From NCBI GenBank assembly GCA_002633005.1, contig NMRA01000917.1, forward strand, positions 1-43,970: a DNA stretch of 43,970 nucleotides, given 5' to 3'. Source of the stretch: Phoronis australis. Lineage: Eukaryota; Animalia; Phoronida. The position numbers and the translations under genes were made by a program. Under the pieces are notes generated by a model. That model ran no database searches. It was not told where the DNA came from and was given only the letters and a program-made list of their open reading frames with translations. Below are positions 1-12,500 of the stretch, piece after piece (the first letter of the stretch is position 1; every line of letters starts with the position of its first letter).

Positions 1-71
1 TACGCCGGATAAGGACTTATCCGGCGTATAAGGCCTTATACGCCGGATAGCAAGTTTTATGCAACCGGGCC
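1..71. mobile_element. Right end of a palindromic MITE (possibly PIF/Harbinger-type) inserted at CAG in the intron after exon A5
   Basis: Nested palindromes tacgccggataag-ga-cttatccggcgta and terminus ttttatgcaaccgggcc|cag; paralogous introns read straight through a cagg-like site here without the insert. Confidence 0.55.
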
Positions 72-396
72 CAGGTGTCATTCAAATTACCAAGTGTGTT
101 TTACAACCAAAAGCTATTATTGTTAGAAAACTGAGATCAGAGTATTTCGGCTAGAGGTGTTCTTTGAGACATCCATTGTTTAACACGGTGTTCTTCACAC
201 ACTTAACAGTGTTCATGGACCCTGTCTTCAATTTGTGGCAGTTCTGTTAGAGGACTGAAAATTACGTTTTTTATTTTTATTTCTAATGTTTATTATGACA
301 AATACAATGCACAATAATAAGTTAATCCCAGAAATCGCTAGAAAGCAGTTAATTATGTCTGGGACATGATGGCGACTTACTTTGATTCACACTTAC

Positions 397-573
397 CTGT
401 TGTACTGTGATCAGATGCGCCTGGTCCGCCACGAATGAATGATAAATCTTTCAGTTCCCAAAAGTAGTTGTAGTAAGTAAATTTGCCACCTTTGAAGATT
501 TCTATGTTGTACCCGCATATCGCGTCGTCATCAAATGAACAACTTACTTTGTCGCATACCGAGAGGTTCAAAC
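397..573 (-). CDS. Unit 5 MAM exon A (gene continues left of the window)
   Basis: cttcag|GT acceptor, CAG|gtaagt donor, 177 nt. Confidence 0.9.
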
Positions 574-3500
574 CTGAAGCAGAGATATGACAATATGGCG
601 CCAGCTACCGGAATACAATTGACCTCATTCGGCAGGCTGGTTTATCAAGTATAGGTTGTGAACAGTTGTGGAATGTGGTGGGATCAAGAATACCCGAAAA
701 TATACTGAGAGTGTTATTAGAAAAATAGGCATTTTACCTTTTATGAATGTTCATGTACCTACGCCTACGTTAACCAGCGAAAAATGCTCGGGGAATTGAT
801 CGTTTATGACGTTTCACATCTCAGACAAATTTACACGAAAGAATTCTAGATGCAATATTATTGAGAAAAACACATGGCAGTGACGGCATGCAGCACCTGT
901 CTGATAATTTTTCCAGTGCTTTGAATTCTGATGTCCATTATAAAGAAAATGTTACTTCTGAACAAAAAATTATTCCGAAATCTTTCCCGATCATAGGCTG
1001 ATGGGTCTGCACAGGTAGCGTCATTTTTACAAGAATGCGACTTACAGTCGTCCGTGTGAGTCTCGCATCGCTTTCCAGAGAACCCTGTCGGGCATATGCA
1101 TTGATAATCGTTGGTTTTGTCTACGCATGTTGCTTCGTTCTTGCAAGGATTTGACACGCAGTCGTCTACATCATTCTGACAGAGATCGCCATCAAATCCC
1201 GCTAAGCAGGAGCACGTGGCCTTGTCACCTATAGTAAGGCATGTACCGCCGTTACTGCAGGTCACCGCTTGGCAAGGGTCCACGACTGTCTCACAAAGAA
1301 CGCCAGTATATCCCTGGGGGCACGCGCACTTGTAGGAAATGATGTACATTGCTGTGTCAACTAGGTCTTGACATGTTCCACCATTTTTGCACGGATCAGT
1401 TGCGCAAGCTGAAAAAAATGTGACACGCCATAAGAATGAAGGCCAATAACTGTAACCAATTAGTACATGAACAATTACAACTAATAAAAGCGTGACGAAG
1501 AAGCGGGTGGTACTAATATGTTTCTTTCTTGGTAAGATCCAAGACAATTTCATTGAGGAATATAAGATAACATGGAAATCTGAAAAGAGTCCTTCATTTT
1601 AAGCATAAAAAGTTTCAGACGAATTAACTAATTGGCTCAAATGTTTATTTTGCAGTAAGTACATCCGGTACAACAAGTATGAGAAAAGTGTATTTGGTTC
1701 ATCGTCTTTGTACATACAATATATTAAAATTCAGGTCCGTGGCAAGATAAAAAATATTGGGGAAACACTATCTTGACTTCACCAAACTTTGTCCCCACGT
1801 GATCTCAATTTTGAAAATCCCACTGATCCAAATCACTTCCACTGCATGAGCGCACCCAGCCTTCAATANNNNNNNNNNNNNCTTTTGTTTACAAAATAGC
1901 CGGCGGATTGAAAATAAATAAAAAAAAAAAAAAACGGGCGCACCACTGTGAATTGCGCCTTAATGCTTGTTTCGTGGACTTATGTCTCATTTTCTCGGAC
2001 ATTTTGTTTCTCTCAGGCGGACCTTTTTGCCCACTTCGCCAAAGGGGGGGGGCTCGTTCGAGCCCCCGAACCCCTCTGTGTGCGCGCATCCACTCCACTG
2101 TGATAACCACTTTTGCACCCCCCTCATAGGCTTAATGATTTCGTTGTTTGGGGAGCAAATCACGGGGGGCGTGGGCTGCCACCAGAAACTCCGGATACCT
2201 CTTAGACCTGAACACGTTACACGCGTTACGCATTTAAGTTACGATTTCGATCTTTAAGGGTACAAACAGTACATAAGCAAATACACTGCACATCAGGAGA
2301 AACAGCACCTCCCACTCTAACTGAAGAAATTTCGGTTATAATTTCTTTTATTTCTGAGAGAAATGAGGCCCAGGGTCAAGATTTACTTAATATGATCCAG
2401 TTTTTGGGATGTTAAAGTCCTTCTCTCACGCGTTGTTAACCCTTATTACATGGTTAGAATATGTTATAAGGATCCAAGAAGTACCTACCCCATAACTAAT
2501 ACACGATCCGTATTCGAAAACAGTTTAAATGAATGCGCCACTCACGATTCGCACCCGAAGAAACACCGCCATTTTGAACTTGCCGCGAACCCGGAAGTAA
2601 AATTCATTCAGGAACCCAGGCCGAGAAAACGCCGTCAGTGCGACTGGAGCAGTGCCTGTACTGTTACCAGCCAGCAAACGGGGATAAAATAATCGACAGC
2701 GCGCCTTAGTTTTGATAAAATCAAACTACGGACAATTTTATGGAATTTGCTGAAGAAATGTGGCGAATAAATTTTGACAGAAATTATTTTGCCAGACTCG
2801 GGACCGCAGCCTATCGGACCCGGTGCGGATCGAGACCAGACACTGGCGAACGGTAAATGCATGCGGTTGCAAGCTGTTTTGTCGAAGTAAAATGGTCAAA
2901 TGATAAATGCTGCATATATTCAAAGGTAGTTTCAGACACTTGCATGAAATTACGGGCTGGTTAGTCCTGTGTCACACTGCTGGCCACAAACACAAAAAAC
3001 ACGAAAATTGAACAAAGTTTCTTTTTTGTAGCAACGTTTGTCAAAATGTATCAACGTTAAATCTTCACAAATTACAAAGTAGCCGATTGAACATGCCTTT
3101 CAGTTCAGCAAAAGTCGACATTGTAGGTGCCGCCAGAAATGAGACGATCGAAGTCCAACGGGAATTGTGAGCACATTTATCACTTAATGAGTAACAACTG
3201 CGAGGCTGAAATTTGGTGAACACTGCTAAATCGTGCAGAATAGTAAGTAAAGATATGTCTAACTAAATTTTACCGTAATTTGTTGGCGAAAACAATTTAC
3301 ACAAAGTTTTAAACTCGTAACTCATCCCGCTGTCCTCCAATATGGCCGACGCGATCCAAACAAAGTGACCCAAATTTCGCCACAAAACTTGCAATAACTT
3401 TACAGTGCTTGCCCCGATTTTGATACTTTTTCGATTTTTACTGAGTAGAATGTACTACCTTTCCGATGATAGCAAAGTACTTTTTCAAAACGAGGAAAAA

Positions 3501-6500
3501 AATAAAACCGAAAAAAATTGGTTCGACCCATATTGGTTCCTAGGTTCGACCGGCCTACGTAAGGAACTAAACACCAATGCTATTTTAACATACTACGCAC
3601 GCGTAACATTCCAAAAAAATCAACGACCACTAACTACAAACTATAAATACACTACATATGCAAACGAATCACGATATATTACTAATAAAACAAAATAATG
3701 AAGACTTTTCGAGCAAGCCATAGCACATTCAGTTACAAGGAAAAAATGGCGGCGTTCAGGACAAGTTCCTGAACTGATGAGCCGGAAATGTGGGTACGGA
3801 AATAACCGATGACAACCGGTAATCATACGCTCAGAGAGAAGGGTCAAATACTGTTAAAAATTGCTTTTGGCAAGAAAGGCGAAAAGAATATAAAGAAAGG
3901 GTGTCGAAAATAAGAATTTATGTAGTAAGTATTTTCGGATACTGGAACCACATGGGCAGTTTGCAAGAAGGACTTTAACTAACAAGAGTCATGCTTTGAA
4001 GGTACACCTTGAGACGGTGAGGTTCTGACTGTATACGGTCATCAAAAACCACAACGTCGGCAGTCTGGCCGACTTGTACGACAATCTTGGGAAATACTCG
4101 GCTTTCATTAACGCTACTTTCCTATTAGCAACCTTCAAATGATTTAATATTCTTGGAATTCTTCACGCGGAAGAATATATCATTTTTTCAAACAAAACCA
4201 CCGATAATGTTGTTTAACGTAGATCAAAAATATTGGTGTTCAATTTCTTCAAGTTACTGCACTTTAGTTCAAAACAATATGAAATTTTCTGTTGTTTAGG
4301 GAGTGTGACTTGATGCAGCTGTGCATCACTTGAACAGTTCTATTTTTTCAGTTAATTTGAAACTGTATTTCTTACACTCGTGAATTGTCGACAATGCCGA
4401 GTTTAAATGGTTGCAAATTGGACATTCTACAATTGCACCCTTCTGAGGCAGGACTCCGTCTGAAAAGGAGACCCTTCATACATGTATGGACATTCCTTAG
4501 CACAAAAATTGTACGATTTGACAAGAACGTGGGGGCAGCTAAATGTGAAAGGACAATTGTTTGTACCACCTGGGTCCTTTTTGAGTGATGTGCATGTACA
4601 ATGTCAAGATATAACAGGAAAGGGAGAGCCACAGGTGTCTCTATATTATTCATTGCTAAAGAGTGGTATTTACAAATGAGATGCCTTCACTAAAGTTTAA
4701 AGTTAGAGTCAATTTGTTCCTGAAAATCTGTTCATAGCGAGTTTTGATTTCTCCGACATGTTCGAGTACAATTTCAAGGGCATTTTGACCATATACATGT
4801 ATATATTACAAAGACAGGACAATTTAGTTGCATTTAGGACCCCCACATAGTAGATCAGACCATATTTGTTGACACATGTGCTCAGAAAATTTCTCTCTTC
4901 AACACGTTTCTTTGTGTTGTTGTTTTCTCGGCTGTCCCGTACCCTCAGCCCTACCTGTCTGCCGGTCGCCATTGTTTAACCCTTTCGCCTTCACCCTGGC
5001 GTTCGCTTCTTAGGGAACCGTTACGACCAGTGATGTAGGCCTACTTTGCTGATCCTTCATATCAGCTGATTGCCTACTTGTAATCGCTGACGATGCTTTA
5101 AATTTAATGGAAAACGTTTTTCCTAATATGTGGTGGTCTAGAGTACGGTATTTTTATTTGCCCATTAATGCTTAATTCCCATTATTGCAAACACGAAACT
5201 ACGTTTTCCAGAAGAGCACGGACGTTGCAACTGGTTTGGCATTGATAAGTATTCATATTAAAGGCGAACCTTTTTCCGTGTCATTTTGAGCTAAAATAAG
5301 GTTGGTTGGTTATCCTAGACATATTTTCCACTTGATTACAGCTTTTCGTAATTTTATTAATTACTCGTCCGCTACTCCGGAAGTGACGGCAAGCATTTCG
5401 CGCCAATTTCTTTTCATATAGTCTGACTATGAGAGCTGCCGAGTCAGTCATTGCTCTACCTCGGTTGTGTTAAGTTCCGTCGTCGTTTGCTTTCATTTAC
5501 TAGTGAGTCAACATGCCACACTGTTGCTGCGTACCAGGATGTATTAATTATCGGCTCACGCGCGCTTTGGGAGTACCTTTGCATCGCTTTCCGATGGATG
5601 ACACACTTCGCCGTACTTGGCTCGTTCGTGTGAAGAACGCAGCGATACCCGTCCACGCAACGTACAAAGCAGTGGAGAATTACGGTCTGTGTGGCAAGCA
5701 CTTTCTGCCGTCCGATTACGAAAGGGATTTGTACGCTGAACTGATGAAGGTCCCTGCGAAACAACGTCTGAAGAAGGATGCCATTCCGTCTGTGTTGATT
5801 CCCGGCAGTGCCCCGTCGCCACCCCCGAGAAGTGCGTTTTTGAAGCGAGAAGCCTCGCGAGCTGTGGCCAGTACAGTGACTGGAGCCAGTGGAGGCACTT
5901 CATCTACTGTCACCCGTGCCTCCGAACCTGCCCCAGAGCGTAGTGCAATTCCTGGAACCAGTAGTGATTCGCCCTGTGCTGTTTTCTCCAGCCCAGAGCC
6001 TCTAAGCAGCCCTGCAGCGATATTGAGTAGAGGGAGTGATTACAGGCTCAGTTCGACACCCAGTGAAGAGGACAGTTCGTCGTCCAGTGAACAGATCGGT
6101 GAGCCAAACTTTGATAAGTTTATTGTGGACTTGTCTAAAGTGTTGGAACTATTTAGAAGGTGCCAGGTTTGTGGCGAGGGAGTCATATGACACGATGTAA
6201 GCAGTTTGGGTGCTCAGGTTACCATCCAGTGGGAGTGTGTAGCGGGACACTCTGCAAGTGGGACAGTTGTTCCTCTGTTCGTGGTATGCCGGAGGTCCAC
6301 TTAACCATGTCCAGTAGTGGCTTGGCCTCGTCGAACTCTGAACAGCACAAGCATTCCATTGAGGTAGGCATAACAACGCACACAGTGCATTTGCACCAAG
6401 ATGTGTCACCACGTCTGTCCTCAGTAGCCGCCTCGTTTCACAGCTGCCTGTGCCTATGCGTACTCTGCCTCGTTATACTCGGGCTCAAACATGTACCCAC

Positions 6501-9500
6501 TCACTGAATGTCCGTGAAAAAATTCCTCGTCACTACTGCTTTGAACAAGGTCTCCGTTACTCACACAACTGTCACTGTGATACGGGTCACCGACTCCAGC
6601 CATTTTCAGCTTACAACACACTAAACAATCCCTAAATCCAACGTAGTTGAGTTCTCTACTAACCTATCTTGCCGCAAAATACTCGCCGATGGAAAGTGGT
6701 GGCGACAACTGTTGAAAAACAGCACAAAACAAAAGTAGAATAGAACAGATTCGCACGGTAAAGTCAACGCAGAACCAAGTGGCGGGAAACGCTTGCCTCC
6801 TAAAACGTCACTTCCGGAGTAGCGGACGAGTAATTTGTAAAATTACGAAAAGCTGTAATTAAGTGGAAAATATGTCTAGGATAACCAACCAACCTTATTT
6901 TAGCTCAAAATGGCATGGAAAAAGGTTGCCTTCGCCTTTAAGACTTTACGACGACGAGTCACTTAATGAACTATTTGACCAATATTAATTTCGAGAAAAA
7001 TGCCGAACTGGCAGTATTAGTGCAAACATATTGTAGACACACTTGATTTATGTAATATTACAGCACGTTTGTTAAACGTTGGATTAAGTATGTAGAGTAA
7101 TTACGTTGCTCATTGAGTTCTTGTTGTCTCGTTGCCTGTACTCATAAATACCTGCATTTGTTGAACCATTACCTACCGCAGGCCAGTAGCGAAACGTCAT
7201 CCAAAACATGACCTCCATACACGCTTGTATTGACATTTGTTGCTCGAAAGACAACCTGGTTGGGAAAGATATTGAGTTAGAAAACCATGGAAAATACTGA
7301 CACGGTCGTTAGCATGATTCTGTTCATTTAGCTCAGCATGTCACTCTGTCTAAGTGAAAGCTATTCCGAGTACTCTAAAACAAGCCTGTAGGCCACTAAA
7401 TGATACTATATTTATAGAAACTTTTTAATCATGGGATGTTTCAAATTTGTTGCAAACAGGTAATTATGTTAATATATTGGAAATCTAATTACTAGAGGAG
7501 GGGTACTTCTGTAAAGTGTCGTGGATGTGACACCCTACAGTAATTGTCGCTTATCACGTAGGTGGGCAAATATAAACATAGTTGGCCAAAGATAGAAAGC
7601 GTCGGGTAAAGAGGTCCATTCAATTACGCATTCCAATAATGACAGTTTTGGACTCTATATCGAATTGTGATAAATTTACCCAGTCCTTACTGCCGGTTCT
7701 GAGCACTATTATGTTTTCATGTGCACTTCTGTGTAAACTAATTAGGTACGGTTTCAATAAAGGAGATAGTCAACAAAATGTCCACGACCATTACCGTGGA
7801 GTCTTTTAAGTCTGTACCTTTCTAACATGCCACTTATTATTGATTAAATTCACACCAGCTAGTTTTAGCTAACACGAAGGAAGCAGGATTTGTCTGTGAT
7901 AAAGTTGAAGGTAATAAAATTTTAAATAAAAGAAGTTTTAAATCAATGCAACACAGAAGTACAATTTGTGAGGCTAGGGGTTATTATTGTTTTTGTTTTC
8001 TTGACACAACTAAAGTTAAAACTGCTTCACTCATGAGAAAGGTTCACGAAACCTTTAACAACAAGTGAAACAAGACGATTTTTCCAAAATAACCTACAGT
8101 GGAAAAATCAAACGTGGCTACTCGCATTTCTTCGTTAAGTTTTAGGAAATCGGGCGAATTGGCTTAAACCCCTGTCAACTAAAATTTCTAGTTTCATCCA
8201 GGTTACCAAATTCCAAACAAATTGTTTTGAGTTGTGCGCACATATGAAGACCGGTAGCGCGAAGAGAAGCGAAGTTAATCTTAGCCAAATTCTTTGTCGA
8301 TTTGTGTAGGAATATGTTTACGTTAAACTTGTTGCTTTAAATCCGAGGCTTACTCCCTTGTAAGAGATGCTTCGGGATATGCCGCTCAGAAATGTGCAAC
8401 GAAATTCCTACATAATGTTCCCTTTTCCAGTTACACAAAGGCGCAAAAGGGTTTTCCAGTTTTTGCTTCGAATGACCCACTGATTTTTGACATCACGACA
8501 TCTTTTCACTTACTGTTTCGGGCTTAACAAGTTAAAATTCACTAATCAAGAATCTCTACAAGCATGTTTTTGAGTGGAAGCCCACAGAAGCACTTTTTGA
8601 GAATGATTTGTAGAACTGTGCGTAAGCCATGGTATCTGAAAGGTCACATGATATAGAATGGCCATTTCTGAGAAATGATGTTCCAAAGTTAGCCAATTGT
8701 GGTCGTTTTTACCACCACAAAAAACTTAACTGTCATCAAATGTCTTTAAGGACTGACAGCTCTAGATATTTGTGACGTTGTTACTGCTTTAATGTCCTTG
8801 TCAGGTGTGTAATTCAACTGCTCCAGTTTTCTTCGCTAGTTTTGAAACGAGAATCTTAAGAAAGCATGCCGCTGTTTAAGCCAATGCCAACATACATGTA
8901 CCTTGTATGGTGTGGTGGTAAGTTGAGATACGTCGATAAAGGCCCTCTTCCAACTGCTGCCCTGTTTTCCACTTACAGAGAATACATTTACTTCTGTATT
9001 GCCTTGAGAGATAGAAACAGTGAGAGGGCCCAGTCCATGAAAGTCCATGAAGTAGTAGAATTCCAGTACGCATCCTTTTTCTGAAGACAGCTGTGACGTG
9101 AGAGTTGTGTTTTTGTTGATGGTCGGCTTTGCTATCTTTGTCTTCGCAAACATTGCCATACCTGTAAATTGCCATAAACGCTATACGGGTTTTGCTGCCT
9201 GCACCATATGATATGAGTGGGTTTTTAGCGTCACCAATTTCTTCTTTAGCTGACTCTTCGTCAACTGTCCTCCTACGCCCCAGGTTACGTATAGACGAGA
9301 AGGAACTACCGACATTAATTCCTCGTCGTTTTAGGTCATATTTGATTTCCCCAAAGCAGATCACAAAAAACGCTAATGTCGCCCAGTGCGATAGGGTTTT
9401 CTTTGTAAAAAGACGCAGAGCGAGGGACGGAAATGAATATTATATTAATTTTCACTTTAACAAACGGGTGTAAAGGAGAAAGTGAGTGTCGGCTGTCTCC

Positions 9501-12500
9501 CACACTTTGCATGCACACCGCTCTACATGTTGATACGAGTCTCTTGAACAGACGGCGAGCAGTGTGCAAATTTCGATAGGTATATGTACATTGTACTTAA
9601 AATTTACAAAAATATCAGACGTGGAGAAAATGGAATAAAACTTTCTGTTCAGCCATCGTACCCTCCTCGTAATTTGACGCTAGTCTTCTTAAGGCTATCT
9701 ATAAGGCTACTCTACCTGACATTGTATTATGTATATTATGAATATGTCTGATAAATACCCGGAAAACTATTATCCTCCCAGGTGCATTACAACCAAAAGC
9801 TCATTTTTAAAAACCTGAAATCATATTATTCCGGCAACAATTTAATTCTGTAAGACATGCTTTGTTAATCACGACATTCTATTTGCATTGAGCGGTCTTA
9901 ATGGAATGATGATAGCGCTTCATTTACTTTCATACTTACCTGTTGTACTGTGATCAGATGAGCCTGGTCCGCCACGAATGAATGATAAATCTTTCAGTTC
10001 CCAAAAGTAGTTGTAGAAACTAAATTTCCCAGATTTGTAGATTTCTATGTTGTACCCGCATATTGCGTCGTCATCAAATGAACACGTTATTTTGTCACAT
10101 GGCGAGAGGTTCAAACCTGAAACAAAAATGCAACAATATAGACCCAACCTTCGAGCAATTATTGTGACTTCATTACAGACAAGGATTTAACAGATGACTT
10201 GTAAAGTATTGTGAAACTTGGTGGGACCAAGAATTTCCGATAATATACCGAGAGCGTAAGTCCAAAAACGAACACTTTATCATAGACTTTGGAAGATTCA
10301 TGAATATGCATGTGTAAGCTTACCGACGAAATGCACTGCAAGGAAGATTTTCATGACGTTTCACATCGCAGACAAAATCAGAAGAAAAAATTCTTGATGA
10401 AAAACCATTGACTACAATACAAGTCAGTAGAAGCTATCCTCGACGTTCACATACTCTATCCTGTGCTGTCAGTTCTATTGGCTATTACAAAAATATATAA
10501 CAGCCGAAAATGTGAATTCTGGACCGAAAAGCGTTACCAAAACATTCCCAATCATAGGGTGGTCAGCTTGCACAAACTTGTGAAGTCGTTAACAAGGTTT
10601 ACGCCATTTTTGCAAGTATACGACTTACACTCGTCCACGTTAGTCTCGCATCGCTTTCCAGTGAACCCTTTCACGCACGTACATTGATAGTCGTTGGTTT
10701 TGTCTACGCAAGTTGCTTTGTTCTTGCACGGATTTGATACGCAGTCGTCCACATCATTCTGACAGAGATCGCCATCAAATCCCGCTATGCACGAACACGT
10801 GGCCTTGTCACCAGTAGCAAAACATGTACCGCCGTTGCTGCAAACCACCGTTTGGCAAGGATTCAAGTTTGTCTCGCAGTGAACGCCATAATATCCCTGA
10901 GGACACTCACACTTGTAAGAAATAGTGTACATTGCTGCGATAACTAGGTTCTGACATGTTCCACCATTTTTGCACGGATCACTTGCACAGGCTGAAAGAG
11001 TGGTACACGCCATATAGAATTTGCAATGAAACACATGGAACCAACGTACACGAACAGCAACAACAATAACAATAGCAATAAAACGAGGTGCCTGACGGAG
11101 CACTTGGTAATCATTTTTCAGATGAATTTCACAGAGAAAGATAGAATGGAGATGTCAAGAGAAACCCATCTGATTTTTTGATTACACCCGGTGCAGAAAA
11201 TTATGTCAAGAGTACTTTTTGATGCATTGTCTTTTGTTTGTACAATTGGTACAAAGCCAGGCCCGTAGGAAGGTAAACGTCTTGGACACACACATGTAAA
11301 ATAGCTTGACTTCGCCAGATTTATATCCCCGTTGTCCCAAATTTCAGTTTCGTCCTTATTCCCAACACTTTTGTAATTCCCGGCCGTCACCAATTTTACA
11401 TCCCCCTTTTTAAGTGTGTGGACTGTTTGTGGGGTATCCACCGGTGAGGCAGCCACCAGAAGCGGTGTACGTTTGACTCATTTGGGTTACAATTTTAACT
11501 TCCAGGGAGACAAAAGGTGTAGTACTGACCAAACCACTCTTGAGGGCGGGAAATGTAAAGTAACGAATTATTGCAGACACCGTTGCATGTATTTTGGGTA
11601 CCTTTATTTGCTCGACATGAACACTCTTCAAGGTGAGTAGAGACTATACATCGACAGCTGGATCAACGTGATCCACGAACAAGTTTCTCTTCACCGACGG
11701 TGATTTCGTAATAATAGCTCACAAAGGAAGTTAAATTCATTCACTTCTTTGGGAAAAAGTACATTTTTATCGTTTCAAAATCCTTGAGGGTACTGTATTT
11801 CGGTAATTTACAAATTTGCGGTTTTGAACTTCTTCAACTTTTGGCGATCAATGCTACTGTTTTTTTATACAATCTCACATTTCAGGACGTTTAGGCAACA
11901 TATTTGATGGTGATGTGCTTCACGTGAACATGTTCTGTGGTTGTCTTGGCAATTTAAAAAAAAATTATCAGCTTTCCCTCGTGAGCATTTGACAATGGGA
12001 TAGCAAGGGCAACTTCCAATGTGCAATCCTTCTAAAGGAGAACTGGGTTTAAAGGGTTTCAATCAATTTGAAAGACTACACCATTGAAAATGGAAAAGAG
12101 TGAGAAAGAATTGCGCAACGAGGTGACCGTTCTTGGCATAAAAGATTATATGATTTAACCAGAGGATCACAGAAGAAGTCGGTTCCATCATTATGATAAC
12201 ACCGTGATCGGCCCAAAGAAGAAAGGATACAAATATACAAAAGATAAACAATGTCTACGAATTTCATCAACGGCACTCTCCAAATACGGAATCCCCCAAA
12301 ACATAAATGATTTGTAATTTAAATACAGGAAACAAGTAATTGGTGGTATAAACAGTACATAATCTTCTCCGCCACGTTTTAATTCATATTAGGTGGTAAA
12401 CAATTTCAAAACATAACCGATAAAAGTATCTTCTTAACTTTAAAAACCTTAATTAAGTTGCTCATGGAAATTTGTGCAAAAACCTGTTGTTTGAACATTT

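Larger units (their letters stand above)
5262..6937. mobile_element. Kolobok-superfamily DNA transposon, internally deleted (1676 bp)
   Basis: TTAA on both sides (5258-5261, 6938-6941), AG...CT termini, ~130-bp TIRs (5262-5388 / 6806-6937), and convergent THAP-transposase and KolX remnants. Removing it restores an intron block also seen at ~25160-25320. Confidence 0.9.

Noticed and set aside
1-50. Resemblance to enterobacterial REP palindromes (gccggataag/cttatccggc)
   Set aside because: The context is a spliceosomal intron and the sequence ends in a MITE-like terminus; there is no bacterial gene content, so it is not REP or contamination
858-1553. 231-aa ORF as a stand-alone single-exon EGF membrane protein (likewise 10552-11103, 16636-17106, 22621-23076)
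   Set aside because: Only the 363-nt AG/GT-bounded core is conserved across copies; the extensions differ in frame and length and are intron read-through
5262-6937. piggyBac, P element or a domesticated host THAP gene
   Set aside because: Termini are AG..CT rather than CCY..RGG, the TSD is TTAA rather than 8 bp, a KolX remnant is present, and the ORF is truncated inside TIRs
8876-9364. 162-aa ORF and similar alternative-frame ORFs over exon B (26989-27267, 14836-15024, 20810-21040)
   Set aside because: Shadow frames of exon B with no conserved start or recognisable motif
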